Positions 1 to 8,720 of a DNA stretch of 64,000 bases are shown here, in pieces. The position numbers and the translations under genes were made by a program. The notes beneath the pieces were generated by a model. It did no database searches and had not been told where the DNA came from. It worked only from the letters and a program-made list of their open reading frames with translations. This DNA comes from Yuukianura sp. NJ FZ-2021 (lineage: Eukaryota). The stretch's first letter is position 1; every line of letters begins with the position of its first letter. The stretch is from the NCBI GenBank assembly GCA_046563655.1, contig CM102285.1:7688001-7752000 (forward strand), in the 5' to 3' direction.

Positions 1-180
1 AAAACAAATAAACAATGAAAATGAAACTTTGACAAAAATTTTGAAAACTAATTACTAGGAAATGGTGACAAGTGTCAAAAAATGAATTTAACTGAAAACT
101 ACGGTGCTGAAGGCACTTAATACGGGACTCTAGTCCCATCTAATCTATCACTAGACAAACTGAGCACACAAATCGTCGCT

Positions 181-831
181 TTAGGTTGTTTTGGCGTAAC
201 GAGGGTTACTTTTCTGGTTCGTTTTGAATTGGTTTCTGCGCGGGGCTTTGCAAGTCGACGCATAGTGACCGGGCTGACAGCAACGTAGGCAATGTAGCTC
301 CTTTTTAAGCGGAACTGGAGCGAATCTACGCGGAAACTGGCTCGTTTTGGATGGTTTCGCCGGAGGAGGAGGAGGAGGAGGTGGCAGATTTTGAATTGGC
401 GGTGGAGGAGGAGGCGGCGGAGGCAAATTCTGAGGAACCATTGGAGGTGGGGGAGGCGGCGGAGGAGCCGGTTGACACTGGACCGTGACTGTAATGTCCG
501 GGAGCCTTTCCTCTGGAGATTTAGGAGACGGAGACCTTGGTCGGCTCCAAAAATAAATGGAAGGCGGGAACTTCTCGCGCAGGACAGAATCGAGGTACAT
601 GAGTTTGGAAGTCGTGAGGCCTCTGCCAGTTTTATGCCAGGAGGTAGGAATGGCTTCAATAATCGCAGGATTCAAGTTACGCTTGGCATAATAAACGATT
701 TCAGAGTCTGTAGGCTTTCGCTGGAGAGCAGATTCTATTTTAGGGATCAAACGCTTCAGGAAATCAGTGACGATCTCTCCGTCCCACTGAGGAAAATCAA
801 GTTTAGGTCTGGCTGATCGCTGAGAAGACAT
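181..831 (-). CDS. ORF3 of the Gypsy element: Gag-like, proline-rich protein with a CCHC zinc knuckle (216 aa)
   Basis: ATG lies 30 nt after the pol stop. N-terminal LDFPQWDGEIVTDFLKRL resembles a capsid start. It has three poly-Pro tracts and a CX2CX4HX4C knuckle (CLRCCQPGHYASTC), with no signal peptide or TM segment. Confidence 0.75.
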   Translation of the reverse strand: MSSQRSARPKLDFPQWDGEIVTDFLKRLIPKIESALQRKPTDSEIVYYAKRNLNPAIIEAIPTSWHKTGRGLTTSKLMYLDSVLREKFPPSIYFWSRPRSPSPKSPEERLPDITVTVQCQPAPPPPPPPPMVPQNLPPPPPPPPPIQNLPPPPPPPPAKPSKTSQFPRRFAPVPLKKELHCLRCCQPGHYASTCKAPRRNQFKTNQKSNPRYAKTT

Positions 832-861
832 GCTAAACCAACAAAAGAACAGAACGAAAAA

Positions 862-3768
862 TTAAATGCCTGCTGTACGATTACGTAACTGGTAACTACT
901 TTGTACAGGTACTGGCTTGGTCTTAACGACTTTTGCATAGGTCATAGGCTCAGGTAATGGTTCTGAAGGGCGGGAAAAATATCTTTTCAAATTGACTATG
1001 TTATGTCTGCCTGCACTTTCCTCAGAACCAAACAACTTTAGGCCGTAAACTAATGGCGTAACCTTCTCCGAAATGACATAAGGGCCTTCCCACTTAAATG
1101 CAAACTTTTTCATGATTCCTTTAGCCTTGTCTGACTGTATGTGAGTGCGCAGAAGGACTAAATCACCAACCTCAAAGCTGTCTGACCTACGTTTTTGATT
1201 GTAGTACTTGGCCTGGGAAGCTTGCGACTTTTCTAAGTGTTCCCTGGCTAATCGATAGACTTTAGAGAGACGCTCTATCAGGGTCAATTGGTAGTCTGTC
1301 CACTCGGCAAATTCGTCGCTCTGAGAGTCGTCTAAGGCCAAATCAAAGGGAGTGGAAAGCTCACGACCGAAATTTAACATAGAGGGGCCAAAACCTGTCG
1401 AATCGCTGATCGCAGTACGCAAAGCCATGGCAACTTCTGGGAGATTCTCATCCCATTTGGAATGTTTACGTGCTACGTAGGCTCTAAGAATGGCAATGAC
1501 GTTCCGATTGACACGCTCGGTAATGTTCGCCTGAGGATGATAGGTCGAAATGAATTTTAGCTTAACCTGCCAAGTTTTGCAAAGTTTCTTAAACAACTCA
1601 GAAGTAAATTGAGAACCATTGTCACTAAGTAACGCTCTAGGCCTACCGAAACGACAAAATACTTCCTGCTCGAGCTTTTGAATAATCTGAGGAGTCGTAG
1701 CCTCTCTGAGGGGAAAAATCTCAACCCATTTCGTAAAATGATCTGTCACGACTAGCAAAAACGTATTTTGACGTTGAGTTTTCGTAAGGGGGCCTATCAA
1801 ATCAAGGGCTAACATATCCCATGGACCTCTAGTCTGGACACTTTGGAGCTCACCTACTGGTTTCGTAGTGGGATTTTTAGTCTTTTGACAAATGTCGCAG
1901 GACGTAACGAATTTGTAAATGTCCTCGTGCATACCAAACCAGAAGACTCGACGTAGTAATCGGTAAAGGGTCTTTCGGAAGCCCATGTGACCTGACTCGG
2001 GACGATCATGAAAATAACTTAGAACTTGGGAACGTAAAGAGGAAGGAATGAAAGGAAGTTTCACTGCGTACTTTCCTAATCGATAAAGGATTCCGTCGTG
2101 CACTACGAAATCTTTACCCATGTCAGTTAGAAGCGCTTGGACCTCTAAATCTTTACTTTGTTCCTGTTTGAGCTGATCTAAAGAAATTTGCCTTGTGAGT
2201 GCAAGAAAAATGGCGGGAGAAGAACTATTTAGTGGAAAATGTAAATTTTCGCGATGAACTTCTGCATCCTCACTTTCTCCTACTGGGGCTCTAGACAAGG
2301 CGTCTGCTACAACGTTAAGTTTCCCTGGACAATGAGTAATAATGGGCTGAAAATCCTGAATTCTAAGGGCCCAACGGGTAAACTTACTATTGACATCTTT
2401 CATCTTGTCTAACCAAACTAGGGCCTTATTGTCTGTCTCGAGGCGAAATCTCTGACCGTCAATGTAATGTTCGAATTTCTTAAGGGCAAACAAAATACCT
2501 ACACACTCGATTTCACTGGAACCGTAGTTCTTTTCTGCGTTATTTAGGGAACGACTGGCAAAAGCTATTGGTCTCTCAAAACCATTGATTTCCTGGGCAA
2601 GGACTGCAGAAACACCAACCTTGGACGCGTCCGTCCGGATGATGAACTCTTTTGAAAAATCGGGAAAAGCCAAAACTAAATTATCGGAACAAATCGCTGC
2701 TCTGAGCTTTAAAAATGCGGACTCCTGCGCATCTGACCAATCAAAGGGAACATCCTTATGTAACAATCTGTTAAGGGGCTCACTAACCTCCGAAAACTTG
2801 TCGACAAACTGCCGATACCAGGAGCAAAGTCCTAAAAACTGACGAACTTGTTTAGGCGTCGTTGGCCTGGGGAACTCAGAAACTGCCGAAACTTTCTCCG
2901 GATCTCGCTCAATTCCGTTAGGAGAAATGATGTAACCTAAGTACTTTAATGTAGTTTTGCCAAACTCACATTTATCCTTATTTACAGTAAGACCTGCAGA
3001 TTGTAAACGTTCGAAAACGTACTTTAAGTGCTCTAAGTGCTCTGTCCAAGAGTTTGAGTATACAATGATATCGTCAATGTATCCATCAGCAAAGCGACCT
3101 CTCGCTGTGCCCAGAACTTTATTCACAAGCCTTTGGAAAAGAGAAGGGGCTGACTTTAAACCAAAGGGCATTCGAGTAAACTGAAATTTCCCTTCATGAC
3201 AAATAAAAGCAGTATATTTGGCACTATTTTCATCTAAAGCTACTTGCCAATAGCCTTTCTTTAAATCAATGACAGAAAGAAACTTAGCTTGTCCTAAGTT
3301 ATGGAAAAGATAATCTAACCTAGGAATGGGGAATGGATCGTGAGGAAGCCGCGCGTTAACTTTTCTCAAGTCCAGGGTAAATCTCCAAGATTCACCTTTG
3401 TCTTTGGTGTGCATATATACAGGGGAAGCCCATTCAGATTCGGAGGGAACAATGACTCCTAACTTTAGCATTTCAGAAATGTTGTCAGCAATCAATTGTC
3501 TTTTAAAGGGACTAACGGGATAGGGCTTGGAAGCAATTGGGGGTCCAGGAGACGGTGTCAACTCACACTTAACCCAATCAGTCAGGCCTAACTGAGAAGA
3601 GAAAAGTGAAGGAAAACTATCGGTAAGGGTCTTTAATTCCTGAGACTGTACGTCACTGAGGCCAAGAAGTGCGCGCAAGTACTCGCGATTGTGAAAATCG
3701 TATTCCAATCTACCTTTAGTTTTTGTCCCGTTAATGGAAAAAGTACCGTCATGAAAGTCTGGAACCAA
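862..3768 (-). CDS. pol: Pol: reverse transcriptase, RNase H and integrase
   Basis: RT motifs WASPV, IDLKKGYWQ, RMPFGL, YIDD. RNase H motifs TDAS, PIAFASR, ETDNKAL, ADALSR. Integrase zinc finger H..GH..CDIC, DDE core (LDLIGP, SDNGSQF, ITERVN) and GPY/F motif KWEGPY. Confidence 0.97.
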   Translation of the reverse strand: MVPDFHDGTFSINGTKTKGRLEYDFHNREYLRALLGLSDVQSQELKTLTDSFPSLFSSQLGLTDWVKCELTPSPGPPIASKPYPVSPFKRQLIADNISEMLKLGVIVPSESEWASPVYMHTKDKGESWRFTLDLRKVNARLPHDPFPIPRLDYLFHNLGQAKFLSVIDLKKGYWQVALDENSAKYTAFICHEGKFQFTRMPFGLKSAPSLFQRLVNKVLGTARGRFADGYIDDIIVYSNSWTEHLEHLKYVFERLQSAGLTVNKDKCEFGKTTLKYLGYIISPNGIERDPEKVSAVSEFPRPTTPKQVRQFLGLCSWYRQFVDKFSEVSEPLNRLLHKDVPFDWSDAQESAFLKLRAAICSDNLVLAFPDFSKEFIIRTDASKVGVSAVLAQEINGFERPIAFASRSLNNAEKNYGSSEIECVGILFALKKFEHYIDGQRFRLETDNKALVWLDKMKDVNSKFTRWALRIQDFQPIITHCPGKLNVVADALSRAPVGESEDAEVHRENLHFPLNSSSPAIFLALTRQISLDQLKQEQSKDLEVQALLTDMGKDFVVHDGILYRLGKYAVKLPFIPSSLRSQVLSYFHDRPESGHMGFRKTLYRLLRRVFWFGMHEDIYKFVTSCDICQKTKNPTTKPVGELQSVQTRGPWDMLALDLIGPLTKTQRQNTFLLVVTDHFTKWVEIFPLREATTPQIIQKLEQEVFCRFGRPRALLSDNGSQFTSELFKKLCKTWQVKLKFISTYHPQANITERVNRNVIAILRAYVARKHSKWDENLPEVAMALRTAISDSTGFGPSMLNFGRELSTPFDLALDDSQSDEFAEWTDYQLTLIERLSKVYRLAREHLEKSQASQAKYYNQKRRSDSFEVGDLVLLRTHIQSDKAKGIMKKFAFKWEGPYVISEKVTPLVYGLKLFGSEESAGRHNIVNLKRYFSRPSEPLPEPMTYAKVVKTKPVPVQSSYQLRNRTAGI

Positions 3769-4110
3769 ATGATAGTTCCTGATGAAGTCAAGTCCGAGAA
3801 TTAATGGGAAAGGAGGAGACTGGAGTACGTGTACTCTTTAAATATACTCGTCGCTGTAAATTTTGAATTTTAAATCAGCTGAACCTAAAGTACTGATCGT
3901 ACTAGAGTCACCAATCGTTAATGTTACTTTACAATCCTTAGTAACAACCAATCCCAGCTTATTTGCTAAGGAAAGGGAAATGTGGGAGTAAGTGGAGAGA
4001 GAATCTAGGTGGGCCGAATGCACCGAATTCCGAATTCGTACCATTATGGTGGGAGCTGCTTTAGAAAAGTTTAATTGTGGAAGGATAGGGGGCTCCCGTC
4101 CTACCTTCCT
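3769..4110 (-). pseudogene. Retroviral-type aspartic protease region, in frame with pol but interrupted by an in-frame TAA at 3838-3840
   Basis: Active-site-like AHLDSLSTYSHI (DSL instead of D[ST]G). Reading past the stop gives RVHVLQSPPFPLILGLDFIRNYH, the typical protease C-terminal motif, which runs directly into the pol ORF. Confidence 0.8.
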
Positions 4111-4739
4111 TGGGGGTTTGGATCCCTGGGAACTTGATGGGGAAGGGTGTAAACTACGACTTCTATTCCCCTCATGCATAATTCAGACCAAATAATGTGG
4201 GAAATAATGTTCCATCGTCCTCTGGAAAGACCTACTCCAATTCTGGGCATGTGAACAACTGAATTTGTGTCTAAGGCTCGTTTGGCTACAGTTTGTAAAG
4301 CTACACGAAGAGCATCGTAGTCAATTGGGACTGGCTCGTTGGGATGTCCTTGGGCTATCATGTTGGCAACCTCTATGTCTTTGGCTACTTGGACAAACTG
4401 TACATGACCTCTCTGAATTGGGGCTCGTAATTTTCTGTACTCCATTTCTGGAGCACGAAATGCCTTGGAAAGCGAAGTGACAAAACCTTTTCCCCAAAAA
4501 CCCTGATCGTTACAAATGTGTGCCAAGATACAACGTTGATTCTTTAAAATGGGCTGAGTTGCATCGCCAGTAACATGATGAATTTGACCTTTCTGGGGAG
4601 GATTAGGAGTACTGGAAGTTAAAGGAACGAAAACTGGAGAATCAAACAATGACGGAAGAGCGACCTTCTCCTGCGAGTCACTCCTCCTTAAACTTTTGGG
4701 TAACCGCCCTGATTTGTTTTCCCTCGCTTTTTGGGACAT
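4101..4739 (-). CDS. Macrodomain of the TARG1(OARD1)/DarG/SCO6735 (Poa1p/ALC1-like) class, predicted ADP-ribosylhydrolase; core about 4143-4583
   Basis: Class motifs present in order: IHHVTGDAT, ILAHICNDQGFWGKGFV, VQFVQV, VANMIAQ, IDYDAL, VHMPRIGVGLSRGRW, GIEVVVY. Confidence 0.9.
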   Translation of the reverse strand: MSQKARENKSGRLPKSLRRSDSQEKVALPSLFDSPVFVPLTSSTPNPPQKGQIHHVTGDATQPILKNQRCILAHICNDQGFWGKGFVTSLSKAFRAPEMEYRKLRAPIQRGHVQFVQVAKDIEVANMIAQGHPNEPVPIDYDALRVALQTVAKRALDTNSVVHMPRIGVGLSRGRWNIISHIIWSELCMRGIEVVVYTLPHQVPRDPNPQGR

Positions 4740-5929
4740 TGTGGAGCGTAGTGACCCTTCTGGTTACAGTAGAAGCACGTGACCTGATCGATTGACCATT
4801 CTCTAGAGGGTGGAGGTTGACCTGAACTACCCTGTCTACTCTCATTTCCTGGTGGTGGACGACCTTTACCATAATTGTTAGGCTGAACTGAACCTGACGC
4901 AGCTGGAGGACGCTGTGCATTGGAACTAGAAGATCCTGAATCGTTAGAGGCCCTAGGCTGATACCTTGCAGACGTTCTCTCTTTAAGTCTTTGGTTGTAC
5001 TCAGAAAAATCATCGGAAGTTTTCGCTCGAAGGAGGGGCTTATTCTCAAATCGCCTAGTCCTATTCAAGTCTCCTATAATCTCTTTACCATGTGAAATGA
5101 GCTCTGCTATCCCAGTAGCTTGCGAAGATCTAAGCAAAAGAGAGATTTCTGGGATACACGAATTGATGATTCTGTCCCTAATCGTTTCTGTGGAAACCTG
5201 AGGATCGATTCTCCTGTAGGAATTTGAAATATCCCATGCAAAAGTTTCAAAAGATTCAGCAAAAAATTGTTTTCGAGAAAATAATTCAGCAAGAAGTTTG
5301 TCTTTGGATTGTCCAACTCCTTCATAATTTTGAAAAACCACTTTAAAATCTTCCCAGGGTGTGATACTGTCCTTCGTATCCAACCACCATCGAAAAGTGT
5401 CAGAATCTTTATGGAACATTCGACTAATTAGGACCAATTTTCCTTCTTCAGTTAGATTTTTAAGTGCAAAATAATCTTCAGCGTCTTTAAAAAAAGCTTG
5501 AATTGGCATACGCTGCGAATATTTAGGAATAGGAATCACCGCTGCTTGTTCCACTAATAAAACTTGGGGCGCGTTAGGTGGTGTGATAGCTAGTGCGGGT
5601 GCGGTACTGGGTTGGGGTGCGGCAACCACTGGCGCGGGCGTTAATTGTTGTGCTTGCATGGCAGCTAATTGTGCTTGTAAAGTTTGTAATTGTTGACGTA
5701 GGTCAGCAATTACAACGTCTTTAGAATCCGGGGGGTCCATAATTGCGAGTGAATCTGAATATTCCTCCTCTGAATCTGATTTGTTTTCGGGAATGACTGG
5801 GGAAATCGAAATGATAGACGGGGGTGCGCTTCTCGCCCGCTCCGGTTCAGCAGGGACAAGTAGTCCTGTGTGGGAAGCCTCTGCTTGAGACTTTTGTAAT
5901 TCCCGACTCGCGCTGCGGGTAATTACCAT
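4688..5929 (-). CDS. gag: Gag (coiled coil, Arc/retrotransposon-type capsid, CCHC knuckle)
   Basis: First ATG at 5929 (MVITRS). Capsid motifs FRWWLDTKDSITPWEDFKVVF and RKQFFAESFETF. Knuckle CFYCNQKGHYAPQC. Confidence 0.92.
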   Translation of the reverse strand: MVITRSASRELQKSQAEASHTGLLVPAEPERARSAPPSIISISPVIPENKSDSEEEYSDSLAIMDPPDSKDVVIADLRQQLQTLQAQLAAMQAQQLTPAPVVAAPQPSTAPALAITPPNAPQVLLVEQAAVIPIPKYSQRMPIQAFFKDAEDYFALKNLTEEGKLVLISRMFHKDSDTFRWWLDTKDSITPWEDFKVVFQNYEGVGQSKDKLLAELFSRKQFFAESFETFAWDISNSYRRIDPQVSTETIRDRIINSCIPEISLLLRSSQATGIAELISHGKEIIGDLNRTRRFENKPLLRAKTSDDFSEYNQRLKERTSARYQPRASNDSGSSSSNAQRPPAASGSVQPNNYGKGRPPPGNESRQGSSGQPPPSREWSIDQVTCFYCNQKGHYAPQCPKKRGKTNQGGYPKV

Positions 5930-6309
5930 GAATAACACGAAAAACAACAAAAACTGAAATTTAGAAATGAATTTTAAATGATTTGTTTAGATTTACGCGG
6001 CATAATTTGTAAAAAGTTTCGAATTTAGACTTTAGAAAGAATTTGCAATGTGAAAATCCGAATTGTTAATTCGGGGTGCGGGACCGCGCTCGACTTGAAA
6101 ATGTTAAGCAGAGCGGTGCACTCCGCACTGCTGTGCAAAACCGTACCGTATCGCCGTTATGCTTATATAGCATGCAGAGCCATGCTTTCAACCGAATGAA
6201 CACCGAAATGTACCGAATTCGTCGGTATTATGTCATGAATCGGTGATTAATCCATGATTAATCATCGATTAACGTTATGGGAGAGCTAAAGGGGGCGGTT
6301 CAACGCTAC

Positions 6310-6320
6310 TTTCGGCACCA
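6310..6320 (-). promoter_or_regulatory. Primer-binding site complementary to the 3' end of tRNA-Phe
   Basis: TGGTGCCGAAA lies 4 nt inside the LTR end; eukaryotic tRNA-Phe ends ...UUUCGGCACCA. Confidence 0.8.
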
Positions 6321-6324
6321 GATA

Positions 6325-6933
6325 TGAGGGCTACGGGTAAGGATGCCTTGGACCTTGCCCGTGCTCTCAAATAAACAAAAGAAAAACCGAAAACCGAAAC
6401 GACGATATGTGGGCTACGAATTTATTCGTAGCTCATGACCTTAACACTACAATGGCCCACTAGGGCAAAAACAATGGGCCTGAAGGGCCTATAACCGAAC
6501 CAATGGAGGAAGGGAGGGAAGGAAGCGGGTAACAGGTTAATACCTGGCCTATGACCACTAACTGGTCAGTGACCACTAACTGGTCATGACCACTAACTGG
6601 TCAGGGCCACTAACTGGCCTCAAGAGGACGTAGAGCGTCCATTTGACCTTACGGTGACCCTTGGGCTGGCAGAAGGAGATGACGAGGACAGGCACGGCGT
6701 GGCAGGAGGATCTGCTGCTGCTGCTGACTGCATGAGAGCTGGAATCCGAGTGAGTGCTCGTGCAGCTCGTGCTTCTGCTTCTGCTCTTCTTCTTTTTTGA
6801 ATTCGGGGAAGCGGGAAGCGGGGAAACACTTATGGGCATTGCCCTAACTTATATTTTTAACTCTTTTTAACTATTTTGTTTTTAACTTAGCTTATATTTT
6901 TAATTAGTTGTTTAATTGAGGATCATATCCTCA
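6325..6933 (-). repeat. 5' LTR (609 bp) of the macrodomain Gypsy element
   Basis: Termini TGAGG...CCTCA form a perfect 5-bp inverted repeat. The PBS is adjacent, AATAAA is at 6421-6426 (minus), and there is an abrupt switch to a G-rich host repeat at 6934. Confidence 0.8.
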
Positions 6934-7345
6934 CACCAGGGAGAGTGGGGGTGAGTTCCCCCACTTCTCAGCCCATCCCTCCGGCGAAGAGGGGGTGTGT
7001 TCCCCCACTTTTTTCCTCCGCACCCCAGGAGCGTTGGGGTGGGTTCCCCCACTTTTTCGCTCCGCACCCCAGATGGAGGGTTCCCCTACTTTCCCACGCT
7101 CATTCCCCGGAGAAGCGTGAGTGTGTTCCCCGGGGGAAAGGTGGTGAGTTCCCAGGAGGGAGAGAGGGTGGGTTCCCCGGGGAAGAGAGGGTGGGCTCCC
7201 CGGGGGAAGAGGGTGTGGGTTCCCCGGAAGAGAGGGGGTGTGTTCCCCGGGAAAGAGAGAGTGGGTTCTCCGGGGGAAAGGCGTGGGTTCCCCCGGCGTG
7301 TGGGGAAGGTTTCTCCGGGGGTGTGAGGGTGGGTCACCCGGGGCC
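6934..7345. repeat. G-rich minisatellite (GGGTTCCCC/GGGGAAGAGAG units)
   Basis: About 23-nt G/C-run units; same family as 7785-8192 and, inverted, 15955-16262. Confidence 0.85.
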
Positions 7346-7389
7346 ATGGTGCGGTCCTCAACGCTTCCCAGCTATCAGGACGTTAATAT

Positions 7390-7658
7390 GAAAAAAAAAG
7401 TTGACCTTTGACCCGGAGGCAGGTTACTTGGGGTCATTTGATATAAACAAAAGTTGTTGGTCTCCACGAGATGAACAACTTTTGTAGAGGTCGTTTTCCG
7501 GGTTACCGGGGGATGAAACTGGTTGACCTTGACCTTTGACATGGAAGCAGTTGCCCCACGGGGGTCATATTCAATAGTGCACAGGTCCGGGTCATGACAT
7601 GGTGACTGGTGAAAACCCGGTTGGAATCGGTCCAGTAGTTTCTGAGATCCATGCGCTG

Positions 7659-7690
<32 letters not shown>

Positions 7691-7695
7691 TGAAT
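7390..7695. mobile_element. Fragment of a Helitron/DINE-like interspersed repeat
   Basis: TGACCTTTGACC motifs, AATCGGTCCAGTAGTTTCTGAG and a (CAGA)n tail; homologous to 8250-8570 and other copies in the window. Confidence 0.6.
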
Positions 7696-7784
7696 CAGAT
7701 CGGTTGTAAACCGCGCATAACGAAATAGCTCAAGACAAAAGACAGTTGGTCACTTACGCTTTTCTCCGTAATCCTCAGCTTCTC

Positions 7785-8192
7785 CCCCCATGTGGAAGTG
7801 GGGGATGTGTGTTCCCCCCGCCTTTTTGCTCCGCACCCCAGGAGGCGTAGGGTGGATTCCCCCCACTTTTCCGCCCCACCCCCGGGGGAGTGGGGGTGGG
7901 TTCCCCCCACTTTTCGGCCGCCCCCGGGGAGTGGGGGTGGGTTCCCCCCATTTTTCCGCCCCCCCCCCCGGGGAGAGTGGGGGTGGGTTTCCCCCACTTT
8001 TCCGCCCCCCCCCCCCGGGGAGAGTGGGGGTGGGTTCCCCACACTTTTCCGCCCCCCCCCGCAAGGGAGTGGGGGTGGGTCCCCCCTTTTCCGCCCCCCC
8101 CCCCCGGGGGGAGTGGGGGTGGGTTCCCCCCACGTTTCCGCCCCCCCCCCCCCGGGTTGAGTAGAGTGGGTTCCCCCCCACTTCCCCCACCT
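7785..8192. repeat. G/C-rich minisatellite (about 40-45 bp unit, GGGAGTGGGGGTGGGTTCCCCCCACTTTTCCGCCCC)
   Basis: About 8 tandem degenerate units. Confidence 0.9.
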
Positions 8193-8249
8193 GGGATGCC
8201 TGCATTATGAGAGAATGGGCAAGGTAGCAGGCTTGCCTTGCCCATCTAC

Positions 8250-8535
8250 ACTGTATGTTAATACGTTGACCTATAATCGCGGTTTTGACCCCCTTGGAGG
8301 GGTCAGAGACCCATGGTTCATATACCAAAGTTGTTCCCCTCAATGAGAGGAACAACTTTTGTTAGGGTCATTTTCCCGGTTTTATATTCAAAAGGTCAAT
8401 GACCTTGACCTTTGACCCGGTAAAAGGTCACCTATCCGGATGATATGATAAAATTGAACTGGTATACACCATGACATATCAATCGATGAAAACCCGGATG
8501 AAATTGGTCCAGTAGTTTCTGAGTTATTGAGGCTC

Positions 8536-8566
<31 letters not shown>

Positions 8567-8570
8567 TGAA
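8250..8570. mobile_element. Second fragment of the same Helitron/DINE-like repeat
   Basis: GGTCCAGTAGTTTCTGAG plus (CAGA)n and TGACCTTGACC motifs. Confidence 0.6.
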
Positions 8571-8720
8571 GCGACTTTCGTAGTAATTCGTTTCGGTGTA
8601 GTTCGATTTCGAAGTAAAGTACTTTCGTAGTAAATCGACTTTCGTAGTAATTCGTTTCGACGAAATTCATTCGTCGAAATGCGCTTCGTAGTAAATGATT
8701 CGGCGAAATGGCATGGAACC
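8571..8720. repeat. About 20-bp periodic array (TTTCGTAGTAA core)
   Basis: Repeated TTCGTAGTAA/TTCGAAGTAA at roughly 20-nt spacing, ending in GGAACC. Confidence 0.7.

Larger units (their letters stand above)
1..6933 (-). mobile_element. Ty3/Gypsy LTR retrotransposon carrying a macrodomain and an extra 3' ORF (3' LTR lies beyond the left edge of the window)
   Basis: Minus-strand order: LTR (6933-6325), PBS, gag, macrodomain, PR, RT, RNase H, integrase, ORF3. The PR-RT-RH-INT order is characteristic of Ty3/Gypsy. Confidence 0.95.

Noticed and set aside
181..831. ORF3 as an env gene
   Set aside because: No signal peptide, transmembrane helix or fusion-protein features; it has a CCHC knuckle instead.
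4101..4739. Macrodomain as bacterial contamination or misassembly
   Set aside because: It overlaps gag and the protease frame seamlessly and has a similar base composition to the rest of the element.
6931..8355. Many overlapping Gly/Pro-rich ORFs (also at 15616-16302)
   Set aside because: They are by-products of stop-poor G/C minisatellites that are open in most frames.
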